Source of the DNA: the human T2T-CHM13v2.0 reference genome, Homo sapiens
Length of the DNA: 64,000 nucleotides
Direction: 5' to 3' (one strand)
NCBI RefSeq assembly: GCF_009914755.1
Contig: NC_060943.1
Shown: one piece after another, positions 45,059-60,201 of the stretch
Layout: the number at the start of each line of letters is the position of its first letter
How positions within the stretch are numbered: position 1 is the first letter of the stretch
The notes under the pieces: model-generated
The model's database searches: none
Seen by the model: only the letters and a program-made list of their open reading frames with translations
Told to the model about the DNA's origin: nothing
Made by a program: the position numbers and the translations under genes

Positions 45059-46453
45059 TTAACCATAGAGCAACCCTATTAAGTCTAAGTAGCATAATCA
45101 CATTCCTGTAGTATAGATCATGAACCTGAAATTCGAGGATGAAGTCATTTGCCTGAAGACATACATCTTGTAAAATAGCCATCCGCAAAGATGTAGGGAA
45201 AAAGGCAGCGATCTGTGGCTACACCTCCCCTTCCTCCCGGAAGCAGCCACTGGAACGTTTTTAGCTTTTTCTTTTTTTTTCAGATGGAGTTTCGATCATA
45301 GCTCACTGCAGCCTCGAACTCCTGGGCTCAAGCACTACAACCTGTAGTTGGGACTACAGGCCTGTGCCACCACACTCAGCTAATTTTTCAAAAACTTTTC
45401 AGAGAGACGACTTGCTATATTGTCCAGGCTGGTCTCAAACTCCTGGCCTCAAGCAATCCTCAAGCCTCCACCTCCCAAAGTGGGATTACAGATGCAAGCC
45501 ACCGTGCCTGACCTTTATTTCTTGACTTAACCAATGTATGACATCAGCCACTGACTTGCTCACATCACTACCCCGGACGTGCCGTTTTTTGTTTCCCTGT
45601 TAGTTTCCTTTAAAAACACTCCACTTGTCACCTCTTGCCCCTTTCCACCTCCCACTTTTATCCATATACCTTTGTACTGTCAAGGCTGCTAAACATTATA
45701 CTGTCCTGGGACCATAACTAAGTCCATGAAGTTGCCACTTAAAGGTGAATAGTGGTTTATGTTCTGCCTCAGTGAACAATGCATCTCAAGAGCCGAATAG
45801 ACCACTATGATTACATTGCCCATAGTGTACAAACTTTTGTTCTCCCTGGACTACTTAACCACTACCTTTCTTTTGTTGTGTGATTAGCCTACATCAAAGC
45901 TTTGGGGGTTTTTTTGTTTTTGTTTTTTTTGAGATGGGAGTCTCACCATATCACCCAAGCTGGAATGCAGTGGTGTGATCTCGGCTCACCGCAACCTCCG
46001 CCTCCAGTGTTCAAGCAATTCTCCTGCCTCAGCCTCCGGAGTAGCCGGGACTACAGGTGTGTGCTACCGCGCCCCGCTAATTTTTTGTATTTTTCAGTAG
46101 AGATGGGAGTTTCACCATGTTGGCCAGGCTAGTCTCTTAACTCCTGACCTCAAGCGATCCTCCCACCCCGGCCTCCCAAAAGTGCTGGGATTACAGATGT
46201 GAGCCACCGTGCCTGGCAGCTTTTTCTTTTACACCTTCCATTAAATCAATTATCTCACAATTTGATGTTCCCAGGATCTCTCCCAACCGACTCCGCTAAT
46301 CTGGACGCATGGGTGGTGGGTGTCTGGGGAACCTCCCTTCTTCCTCTCCTACACATCACTGACCCCCCGCCCTCATCTCCCCGCTTCTCCCAAGTCTACC
46401 CTCAAACAAAAAGCAGCCATCACAGGAGAGTAACTTTATACTCAGTACAAATG

Positions 46454-46459
46454 TTTATT
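46454..46459 (-). terminator. BRD4: BRD4-long distal poly(A) signal AATAAA
   Basis: AATAAA on the minus strand with U-rich and UGUA elements upstream. Confidence 0.75.
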
Positions 46460-47768
46460 TTTGCAATGAGAACTGCACAAAAAAAAAAAAAAACCTTTCG
46501 TATGTAAGTGAAAAGTCTACGAATTCCCTTCTACAAATGTCTAAAGTGTTTAATACAAGTCTCAGATTCACTGACATAATTATTGGCCAAGCGATCCGTG
46601 CATACAGTACAGTGGGGGCTTGTACACACCTCTTACTCTGGTATAGGACTAAGATTTCTAGTACTGTGGGAAGGGTTGGGAAATGGCTGGAGAAATTAAA
46701 TAGATCCCAGTTCTAATTACAACCCAGGTAGAGAGACACCCATCAGGGAGGTGTGGAGAAGGCCATGGCTGAGTTAAATCTTCAGCAGGAAGCTGCAGAG
46801 AAAACTATCCAGCTCAGCAGTTGGACCCAGGCTGGGGAAGTGTCTGAACAAAACAAGGAACAAAAATGAGTGGGTGGGATGAGATGGAAGAAACCCCAAA
46901 GAACCTAAATACGTCACACTTGAAGTGGCACAGTGGTATATGAGAAAGTGCCTGAGTGGGCATGGACATCGAAGAAGTGGGGGGACCTCTGGCTGGATGC
47001 CTGAACCACACCCTCACAGGGAGGTTTGGCAGATCCAAAGACAATAAAGGACCTTTCAGGTCAAAAAGAGGGGATGTAGGAGAATAAACAGTGCTAGAAA
47101 TGTTTCAATCAGTTTGTCTCTGCATACATATAAATTATATACTTGTATCTTACATCTTAGGGGCTCTTCTTGGGCGTCACCCGTGCCTTGTGGCTGGGGC
47201 ATGTACATACACAAGTGGACACACAGGCAGAGCAGCCACCTGTGGGCTTTCTTGGACAGGAATGTGTGTGTATGTGCATGGGGGGTGAGGATCCTATTTT
47301 GGGGGATGTAGACTTATATCTAAGAGTATCTGGTTAACCCTGAGCTTAAATGAAAGGAGGAGTTAGGTTGAGGCAGGCAAGGTGGGAGAAGTGGCCCAAG
47401 TCCTTTGGTGAGTGGGGGGACAGGATGGAGTAGGGGGGACAGGATGGAGTAGGGTGGAGGGGAAGAATACTGTCTGGAGTCTGGCCAGGGTTCTGCTAGA
47501 GCACACCCTCCACCTCAGCCAGGGTCCACAAGGATGGGTACCGGGCTCTGCGTCACAGCTTCAGCTTGGGGTGGTTGCTATGAGTCTGCGTGGCTCCCGC
47601 CCAGGGCAGACAGGGACAGGTCACAGGAGAGGGGCTAGGTAATCCCTGGCAGTAGTTCCTGTACAGAGGTGGTCTGGGGTCCAGGGGGTCCCCTGGGCCT
47701 AGCCTAGGCAACAGTTGGTTCACAAAGAAATGTCAGGGAGACGCCAGCATTAAAAAAAGAGAGATGTG

Positions 47769-47774
47769 TTTATT
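47769..47774 (-). terminator. BRD4: BRD4-long proximal poly(A) signal AATAAA
   Basis: AATAAA followed by CA and a U-rich tract; UGUA upstream. Confidence 0.8.
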
Positions 47775-49287
47775 CCATGATCAGTACAGACCAAATGCAT
47801 ATTCACCGTATGAAAGTCAAACCAGTCAGTGACTCCAGAGTTTGGCCAACACTGAGGCACCAGCGTCGTGGTGTAGAGTGGGTTCTCATGGCACGCGTAA
47901 CCTCACCAGGGGCTCCAATTATAAAAATTAAAAAAAAAAAAAAAAAAAAGCATGGGCAGGAGCGGCCAGCTGGTTGGGGCTGGGCGCCAGGTAGGGGAGT
48001 CTCTGCCTTAGTCTGTGGCGCCCCCAGGGCCCGGTTCCCACCTCATCCCTTGGCCCTTCCTTTCTCAGTAAAAAACAAAAACAAAAACAAAAACCAAAAC
48101 CAAAAAAACCAACTCAACAGATCTGACATTAAAAAACAAAAAAGCCAACAAATGGGTGGGGGGGGGGGGGTGGAGGGGAAAGAAAAGAAATTGTAGCTTT
48201 CTGGTTTTATAATTAAAAATAGACTAATAAAGTTTGAAACTGAGTAAAATATAGGCAGGATTTTTTTTGTGTGTTTTGTCTTTTTGTGGATTTTTTTGAG
48301 CTTTTTTCTTTTTTCACACCAGTTTGGTGGAGTCACCAACAAACTTCAAACAAAGATATGCCAACTATGTTCACTATACAGTACAGCCACGGTCACACAC
48401 TACCCACAGCGCGGTGGCAGCCGCTGCTCAATGAGGAGACGATCACACCATTTCGGAGATAAGCAGTGCCATTGTGTCTGGAGGAGAAGAGAGAATTAAA
48501 AATAAAATAGAATTCAACAAAAAATATATATAGAAAAAAAAGAAAAAAAAAAACGAAACAGAAACACAGGTGGGAAGGAACTGACTTTGGTTGGTGGCCT
48601 CACTCCCCGGCCGAGGGCTACCCACGCAGGACAGTCGCCTCGCTCCGGATGCCATGGACACACACACCTCCACGGCACTATTCCCTTTTGCACAAGCAAA
48701 CACTTACAGAGAGCGGCTCTCAATTAAAGGCTTGTGGGGGAGGGTCGGGGGGTCTGTTCAAGGCAAAGTCAGTGCCAGCGAGGGGGTGGGCCGGCCTCGC
48801 CCGCCTCCAGCCCACGCAGGCCTGCCCTGGCCTCCTGGGAGCGGGCGGCGATGGCTGGGGTGTGGGGAAAGACTCCCGGCGGGCAGGACATCACGAACGT
48901 CACGTTCTTGGGGACAGAAAACCAGTCACGGCGGCAGCAACGATGTCCTGTGTATACTGTGTAGACATTTGGCGGAGAGAAGGGCCTCTGCCCCGCATGT
49001 GGGGATGCAGGGCTTGGGTCCAGCCGGCACTTGCTCGTAACAAGGCGTGTGCTGAGCGGACGTCCTGTGAGGGGTGGTGGGTGGCGGGACGTCTGTCCGA
49101 CTGGCCGTAAGGCAGACAGGCTCTGCAATCCTCAGCTGCCCGTCAGGCCTGCCCCGGGCATAGCATGCAGGAGGGCCAGGCCCTGAGGCATCCCCTGGCC
49201 GCTGATCCCACCTCCACCACCGCCCCTAACACTATGGAAAGTCAATGTTTTGCCAGAAAATCAAAGTCAGAAGCCACCTAGGTGCGC

Positions 49288-49380
<93 letters not shown>

Positions 49381-49653
49381 TCAGGAGGATGACCTAGCCA
49401 CCCTGCAGCTACAAGCCCTCATACCCGCTACCAGCAGTCAGCCCCGTAGCCCTCCCCGTGGCTGACCCCTCATAGCGCTCACCCCGTCCACACAGCACTC
49501 AGGGCCCTACAGCTGAGTCCAGAGGACCACATGCCGACCAGCAGGGACGGGGCTCCCCCGCTGCCCCTCCCTGTCCAGGCTCCAGTCCCCCTTTCCCAGC
49601 TCCCTCAGGAGCTAATCCTTAGACCAGGGTCCCCACCAGGCCTCCAGACTCAC

Positions 49654-49891
49654 GGCTTCCCGGCGTCTTCGCTCCTGCTCCCGCTTCCGGGCCAACTCCC
49701 TCTGCTGGTCCAGCATGGACTGGGGCTGGGAGCTCTGGGCCTGTGGGGTGGCGGCGGCAGCCACCGCAGCTGCTTGCTGTTGCTGCTGCTGCTGTTGCTC
49801 CTGGCGCTGCTGCTGCTGCTGCTCCTGGCGCCGACGTGCCTCCTCATGGGCCCGCCGGGCCTGCTCCAGCGCATCCTCGTCCTCTCGGCTC
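49654..49891 (-). CDS. BRD4: BRD4 exon 19 (238 bp), poly-Q / PID
   Basis: [42 protein letters not shown]...RERRRREA-type end; GTGAGT donor. Confidence 0.96.
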
Positions 49892-49969
49892 CTGGGCAGA
49901 GGGTCCCAGTCAGCCTGGGGACTGGTGTGGCCCCAAGAGTCCCCATGCCCCACCCAGACACCCGCCCAC

Positions 49970-50175
49970 CTCATGCGCTCCTGCCGCAGCCGCTCCTTCT
50001 CCTTCTCAGCGTGCTCGGCCTGAGCCTTCAGGGCCTTCTCACGCTCCTCTTTCTCCCGAGCGGCGCGGCGGAACTGCTCGAAGCTGTCGCTGGATGACTT
50101 GGCTGTGGAGGAGGGGGTGGTCGGATGCTTCTGCACTAGGCTGGCCCAGGAGCCCATGTTCTTGATTTTCAGGTC
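49970..50175 (-). CDS. BRD4: BRD4 exon 18 (206 bp)
   Basis: [45 protein letters not shown]...RQERMR. Confidence 0.96.
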
Positions 50176-50221
50176 CTGCAGAACAGAGAGGTTGGGGTGG
50201 GTGAGGGGTCTGCTGTGCCTA

Positions 50222-50732
<511 letters not shown>

Positions 50733-50799
50733 CTGGGATGGCACAGGCACAGCGGCCGGTGAGGTGGGCAGGCACCCCCGGCCCTAGCCCACAGGACTA

Positions 50800-50970
<171 letters not shown>

Positions 50971-52609
50971 TTAGAACTGCTGGCCCTGAGAGAATTGTCG
51001 GGAAGGAAAACGTGGGCTGTATGGAGAAACTGCATGTGCCGCCCAGGCCCTGGGACAAGGGTCCATTAGCCCAGCTCAAAAAGGGTGAAGACCCACACAA
51101 GTGACTGGGCCTGGTGAGGACATGACCCCTCCCCGAAAGGGCTGAGTGCCCTGTGTCCCCCTGCATGTGGGGCATAACTCAGTGTGCAGCAGAGCTTTCT
51201 AGGGCCCTGTGGCACCAGTCCTGGTGTTTGACCCTCCTGTGTGCATCAGAATCATCTGGGATACTGTGGAAAACACAGATCCTGACACATGTGGGCTTGG
51301 CAGGGCCTGGGCCCTAATACTTTTTAAACCCACAAAGCTCAGCCTGGGTTCCTGCCAACTAGCCTGGCCCACCTGGATGATTGCAGGGGGTGCAAGACCC
51401 AGTCCTGGGGGTGGGGATGCTCAGGACCCTCCCCACAGTCCTATTCCCCACTCAGCCTGCACGCCCCCACGGAAGAGAGAAGCCTGGAATTGGCCTCCAC
51501 CTGCGCCGAGTGGGGAGCAGGCGGAAAAGGGCCTGGAGCTGTCTCTTAGGAAACAGGCCAGCCTGACACCTGCATCCAACCCAAGGCTGGGAAGGATCCA
51601 GCAGCCACAGGGACTACTGGGCCCTCAATCACAGTGAGCCAGCACCTCGGGACTGTGCAGCTGGAGCAGCTGAGTCCTACCCATCCAACATGTGGCCTCT
51701 CTCTGCTGGAATCCCTGCAGGCAAGGGGCCTCACCGCTCTTTGGCTAGCTGCAGCTCGGGACAAGCCACACTGTCCACAGAGGAGGCTGCCCCTCTGCAA
51801 CGCTTTTGCTCCCAGCCTAGCCTCATGCCCATCTCCTTCCACTGTCTGTCAGCACAGGCACCCTTGGGTTCTCCAGGAGCCCTGCTGGCTGGAGGCATCT
51901 ATTTTCATAGGCCTGGAGCAAACCACAATGCCCCAGGTGTGGTAGATCCTCTCTAGAGCCAGGACCCACTCCTAACGCCAGAAGACACTGCAGCTGCTTG
52001 GAGCCCACATGGTGGCCAGGCCCATCCTGTCCCCGCAGCCCACTGCTGTGTGTGGCTGGTTTTCCTGGCGTTGACATCTCCTCCAATTCTAGCACATCGG
52101 GACCACTTTGGGCACTGCCAATTCCATTCAGTGCTGGAGGGCCCCAGGTCTGGCCTGCCAGGGATCCACAGGCACATGACTGCAACAGCCTCCCACCCAA
52201 CTAGGGCAGTGCCTTCAGCACCTGCTGAGGCTGACCTGGGCAACGGTAGGCTCCAGGGGCTGTGGTTTATAGAAACCACCTGCCTGCTGGTGGGTTCAGA
52301 GGATGGCTCACGGATGACTCCTGAAAGCTGGCTGGGGGCCCAGGGATGCCTGTTAAGTCTCTTTGGGAGTCTAACAACTTGGCTTTTGGCCTACAAAGCC
52401 CCTAGCAGGATCCCAATCCACACTGCTCTTGATGCCCCATCCTAGCCTGCTGGGGCTTGGGTCACGGCCAGGGACCTGAAGTAGAGCTGGCTGGAGAAGA
52501 CCTGCCTCAGCCCCGATAGGTGCCTGGTGCACCCGAGTGCTGGCTCTTCTAAATGCCTTGCATCCCCTGTCTATCACCCCCAACAGGAGTCCAGCCCTGC
52601 TTCGCATGA

Positions 52610-53024
<415 letters not shown>

Positions 53025-53733
53025 TGCATCCAGCAGCTTTTGCTGGGTTAGGAGTAATCACAGCCCTGCCTCGTTGCTTGATTTGCAGGCAGCACCCGGT
53101 ACACACCCAAGACAGGCAGCACCATCTACACTGCTGAGGCCAGGACCCTCCACCCTAACCCTGCAGCACCACATCAGGAGGCACTGACCAGAACATCCCC
53201 TGCCGGAGCCAGCCAGGACATTCTGGTTACTGACACTTAAGCGCCCAGGAAAAGTGAAAGGGTGTGGCCTGACCAATGCTGTCAATGGGAAAAGGGTGGC
53301 GTGGACTGGGCTGGAGGCTGGTAACAGGCGATGAGGACAGGTCCTGGGCGGGCTCTGAGCTGCCTTTTGAGCTTCCAGCTCAGTGCTCCCCACACCATGG
53401 TTCTGGCTCTCCCTGAACTTCATTCTTCACTCTGCTAAGTTAGCTGCTACCTGTCTGCGATCACTGCCTCTTGGAAGCATATCCTGACCCCCTGAGGTGC
53501 ATCAGGTACCTCCCCTGGGCTCCTAGCTTCCCCACCTAGCAAGAAGTCACCTAGCATTGTCGTGCTCCTGACTCAAGAGAGGGACCAGAGGGGCCTTATT
53601 CTGAGTGATCTCACCTCACAAGCAAGAGAGACACCTGATAAACACACACTGTAGGAAGCACCAATGACCCTTCCAGGTCCCCCTCCAAGCTGAGGCTCAG
53701 CTCTGAACCCACTGCAGCCTGAAGCATGAGTTA

Positions 53734-54510
<777 letters not shown>

Positions 54511-55028
54511 TCAAACTGGCACTCCCTCCCCACCTACCGTGGCCTCCCACAAACTCCAGAGCAGTAAACAGCTTCCAGAGAGAGCTTTAGGGCGGTGTCA
54601 TCCTGCCCTATGCTCTGTGTCCCCAGCTCCTGCTCCCCATGCTCACAATGGCCCTTCACGCCTCAGTGCAGAACTCGGTCTCTCACTTGCCCGGCCATTC
54701 CCCAGGCCCCCAGGAAGGTGGCCCTGTCCCCATATCCCCCAGGTGAGTGCTGTCCAGGTTCCATGGGAGGAATCCCATCTCATGAGTGCATCCCCCAACC
54801 CCTGATGAGAAAAGCTGCAGAGGGGTCCCAGCTTTTCCCATCTAACATGACGCCTGGCCCAGCAGCAGAAATAAGTCAAAATCATCTAGATTGTTACTCA
54901 AATGATGTCAGTGTTTTAGAAACAAAAATCTTCTGAATCAACGTGTTAATAACTCCATGCATGACCTGTCTTGAGGCATCTCCTTTAACTTCCAAGATGG
55001 CCTCGAGAAGCCACAGATCTTCCCTCTA

Positions 55029-55763
<735 letters not shown>

Positions 55764-57979
55764 TCAGGAGAAGGACCAGTGACCCTGAGAAAGGGCAGCC
55801 GAGTTCAATGAGGGATGAGTTGGTCATCACGGGAGAGGGAGAGACATGCGAGGCATCACCTACCCACTTGCCTGCTGCTTTTCCTAGCAGGGACTGTGCC
55901 TGAAAAAGCCTCCCCTGCCAAGCTTCAGATCACCACGGTTGCACCGGAAGCTGAGAGCTTGCCCAACGCCTCCCACTACTCAAGGGTCAGTCACTCACTA
56001 TAGTGACTGAGTGCATGGCCTGGACAGCAACCTGCTCAGTTTTCCAACAACCTGTGATGGTTGCAATGGTCACATTCATCTTACAGCTGAGAAAAGTGGG
56101 GCTTCAGAAGGGAGGGGACTTGTCCAGGGTCACATGGCTAAAAAGCAGCTTCTCGGGGGCCTCCAACTGCATGGCCCTCTAAGGCCCACTCCTTTCCATC
56201 CTCCAAAGGGAAGCAGAGAGGCTCAGCTGGGGCTGAGAGCCACAGGACGGTGAGGAACATATCGGCAAGGGAAAACACAGAGAGCCCACTCCGGGAGAAA
56301 AAAAAGGAGCAGGCTGGCCTCCTGGGAATGACCAGCTACTAAAGAGGTAGATGGACCTCAGAAGTCCCTGCTTTGGGACACAGTCACCATGCTGCAGACA
56401 GAAGGCAGCATACGCCCCCACTCGTGTGGGCCGACGGCTTGGCACCACAGTAGGGTGGATGGGTCCAGGGTGTGTCTGCCCCTGAGAGGTGTACTCGAGA
56501 GCCAGCGTGCCCACCTCTGTCCTCACCCCAGAGATTTACACTAAGGGACTTTTGCCAGTTGGATGTCCCCTCACCAAACATGGATGGTGTACAAGCCCCA
56601 CAGGGGGACATGAGCCCTGGCCAGTGCTCATGGGCTGGCAGGTCACAGTCGCCTGCCACCAGATGGGAGGCCGGGCCCATGGTATGGCGCCTTTTGGATT
56701 CCTGTCACTGAGAAGCACCTCATGGCACTGCCTGGCTTCGCCTGAGCTCCTTGTCAGGGTGCTGCCTCTTGCTGCTGGTGTTGGAGGACACATGCTTTGC
56801 CCAAATCCAGGCTCCTTCCACTTGGATCTGCTTCGTGGAGGGCCACGCTAAGCTTCTGTGAGGCACGTGGCCCTCAGTGCAGCATGCCACCAAAAGGGAT
56901 GGGGAAGGACCTTGTGCCCTGTAAGAGCTCACCACTCCACGCCAGACAAGACACAGACACAGACCTCAGCAGCTACAGACACACGTCCTCGTACAAATGA
57001 CCAGGGGCTGCAACTGGGGACACGGGGGAACCTGGGGCCCCGCCTAAAACCTGCATACAGGGCTCAGGACGCTCTGGGTCAGAGTATGACATCTGATGAG
57101 AGAGATACTGTTGTGGGTGAGACATGCCAGAAGGGAAAGCTTGAGTAGATTTGCAGTGTCAGGGCAACAGGGAGTCTGACTGCTGTGGTGGTGGGGGGAG
57201 GAGCGCTGGCTGCAGAGGTTGGCAGCCACAGGACCAGGGGGACCCTGCACACTAGGGAACTGGGAAGAAAAGGCCAGGGCTTCTCTCCTGGCACAAGGAG
57301 GTGATGGAGCCGCGCTGTCTGGGGGCATGCTGGGCACACCTTGGAGGGGACCCGGGGCAGAAGGCGGAAGGTAGGGGGAAGCAGCAGGGCCACCGTGTGA
57401 AGTCCGACTAGGAGAAGCCTCAGGGATGTGTCCAGATATAGAGTTGAGGGAAAAAGTGTGTGTGCAAGGGAAGGATATGCTGGGGCTCGCCTGTTGTCTC
57501 GTGGCCTTGGAAGAAACCTTGTTTTTTTGGTTGTAAAAGAGGGATGGTCACTCTAACCCCTCACAGCCTGCAGGCTGTGAGCAGAGGCCCATAGGAGAAG
57601 ATGTAGGGACAAAGCGCAGCAGGGCCTGTGGGGGGTTCCAGGGGGCATGTCTCAGCTGCCTTGGAAAGGCCACAGGGAATATCCTGAGGACTTGTCTCCA
57701 GGGCCCCTTGCAAGTGCTGGGGCCCCCAGGCAAGGCAGGCCTAAAAAGTGGGGGAGAGAAGGCGGCATGTGCACGGCAGACCCCCAGGACCAGATGCCTA
57801 AAGGGGCTGGTGGTAGAGGTACCCCCTTCTGGCCCATGTGGTCTGAGCCTTGTGTCAGAGTTACCAGTAAAAGACAAGACAGGAAGTGCACAGCTTCACA
57901 ACACACCAGCCCCAAGACACCCCCACACAAAACTCTCTAGAAAGGGTTACATGAAGATGGCCTCAAGTACGGTGTGATC

Positions 57980-57985
57980 TTTATT
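57980..57985 (-). terminator. BRD4: BRD4-short distal poly(A) signal AATAAA
   Basis: AATAAA preceded by an AU-rich, UGUA-containing segment (58020-58080); GU-rich sequence downstream. Confidence 0.75.
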
Positions 57986-60190
57986 CCATGACAATCTTCA
58001 ACTCAACACAAATTTCATCTTTACATAGGATGGTAATTGTACAAAGAAATAAAATGTTTTTTAAAAATCCGATTAAAACACTGATTCCACCCACCCCCCA
58101 GCCCCACTCCAGTGAAGGAGGTAATGGAGGGTAAGGTCAGGGCAGAGGAGAGGAGTCCCCATCTGCACTGAGCGGCCGCCTCCCGCCCCTCCTCAGGACC
58201 CACAGCCAGCTGGTGCGTCGAGGCCCGGCTGGCACTTCCTGCACAGGAGGCTGCCAACAAGAAGTGAGTGGGCACTGTCCTCTCTGGCTGTTCCTGGGGC
58301 ACCAAGCACAGGTGACAGCTTAAGTCTAATGAGCTTTCAAGTTCAACAAGCCCTGAACGTTCTCTGCCAGATGGAAGCCCCACGGGCAAGAAGGACAGGG
58401 TCCCTGGACAGCGAGGTTGAAAGGACCCTGGAGGAGAGCTGGCTTGTGGCTATGGCCCATGTGCACACGTGTGTGCGCGTGCGTGCGTGTGTCGGGGGCA
58501 GCATGCAGGCCCGACACTGGTAATCAGGCTGCCATTTGGTCCAAGAAAGCAGAATCTTCCCAGAAAGACAATGCCAGCAGCTCCCCAATTGTCCTGTGGG
58601 AATCTGGGCATGAAGGCTCTCCTGCCTGCTCCTGTCTCAGGCAGGCGGGACTGCAACAGGAACACATCAGGCGCAGGCCAAAGGGCAGCTGAGAATAGTT
58701 TGTTTGGCAAACAGAGCTTAACTGGAAGCTGGATGCCCAGAAAGGATCAAGAGCAGCCCAGGAACTCCTGAGCATCAATGCAGGGCCCCGGGAGGCCCTG
58801 GTGAGGCCAGGGCTAGCCCCTGCTTCCACAGCAAATCTGGGGCAGTTGCAGCTGCTCAAGCCCAAGGAGCTGAGGAGAGCTGCCAGAGTTCCCAGGCAGG
58901 TGGGGAGCCTGCACCCAAGGGCTTGCCCATGGTGATAGCCCACTTCCAGTTCCAGAAGAAGGCAGGCCTCTAGGAAGCACCCACAATCTACACTTTAAAA
59001 AAGGAGAAAAAATGAAAAGCCCCTGAAACGCAGATGCAGTTCCTCAGGGGACTTTTCATGTCAGGCAGTTTTCTGCTGAGATGCTGGATTTGTGACCAAA
59101 AAAGGGCTGGTATTTATTTTTAGAGCAAAAAAGCCTATTTGTGTCTCTGGGAGGGCTTGGATGATGTGGCCACACTCGCCTGCCCCAACCCCAGGGGCTG
59201 TCGTCATTCTAAGGGACTGAAGACGGGGAAAATGTTCACACTGTTAACACCAGTCAGAGGTGTCCATGGGGCAGTCCCTGAGGGTCTGTGACACCCTCTC
59301 TGGTCCACCAGCCCAGACTCACCCCACTAGAGGAGGCGGGTGGGGTGAGGTGGGGTTGGGGGGATGATAGGCCCAAGGCCCTTCACCAGTGCCTGCCTGG
59401 CAGGTCCTGCATACTGCAGCCTGGTTCCAGGAGGTACTTTCCCTATGTGACTTGAGAAGACGGAGGCCAAAGAAACTGGGGAAATGCCCACCAGGCAACT
59501 TAAGCTTTTGGAAATGCACGGGAACAATGGAGACGAAGGAGGAAAGACTCCAAAAGGCTCAGAGTCAGCGGTGGCTCGAGCCTTACAGGGCACCAGTGAG
59601 AAGCATGCTGTGGGAAGAGCCTCACTGAGCCTTCCAGGGTCTAGAGGCCTTGCCTCTAAAGCTCCCACTCCTTATCTAGGACAGCTCTAGAGGTCAGAGT
59701 GTTCTTCCGCACACTGAACGAGAGCTCTCCTGGACTGATGTCACTGCAAGGTTCAGGAGGGAAGTAGTTAGGGTCCAAAGTCCCAGAAAAAGAGGGATGG
59801 GACAAAGAGAGAAAACATACTTGGGGTCTGGCTTTGCACACAGAGTAGCACCACATGAATGCATGTGTTGGGGATTGTCATCACCCTCCAGGAGATGCCA
59901 CCCACCCAGAGGACCCCAGAGAACCAGGAAGGCTGGGCAGGACAGCCAGGCAGTCTTTACACAGAGAGGCCTGGGCGGCTGGCCAGGCAGGCAGCCTTCC
60001 CGAAGGCGGGACTAGGCGTGTGCTGCTGGACATGACTAATCCACCCCGGGGGACAGGCCCAGGGCTCTGAGGAATTCCATAACTTGATGGAGTCCTGTCC
60101 CTTTCACGGAAGAAAATGGACTTAAGCTATAGCTTGCTGGGAAGGAATCTGGAACTGAAGACCGTTTTATTAAGAGTCCGTGTCCAATGA

Positions 60191-60201
60191 TTAGGCAGGA
60201 C
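60191..60201 (-). CDS. BRD4: BRD4 short-isoform terminal exon coding part (G|GT CCT GCC TAA = -GPA*); 3' UTR extends to ~57960
   Basis: Pyrimidine tract plus TACGTAG acceptor at 60202-60203; matches the known BRD4-S C-terminus ...ETGPA. Confidence 0.9.

Larger units (their letters stand above)
46440..49287 (-). other. BRD4: BRD4 long-isoform 3' UTR (repeat-free; U/A tracts; seed matches for miR-9 at 48585-48591, miR-204/211 at 48681-48688, miR-141/200a at 47848-47854)
   Basis: Lies between the TGA stop and the two AATAAA signals; seed complements read directly. Confidence 0.8.

Noticed and set aside
47413-47454. 19-bp tandem duplication GGGGGACAGGATGGAGTAG in the distal BRD4 UTR
   Set aside because: Simple two-copy slippage with no sign of function.
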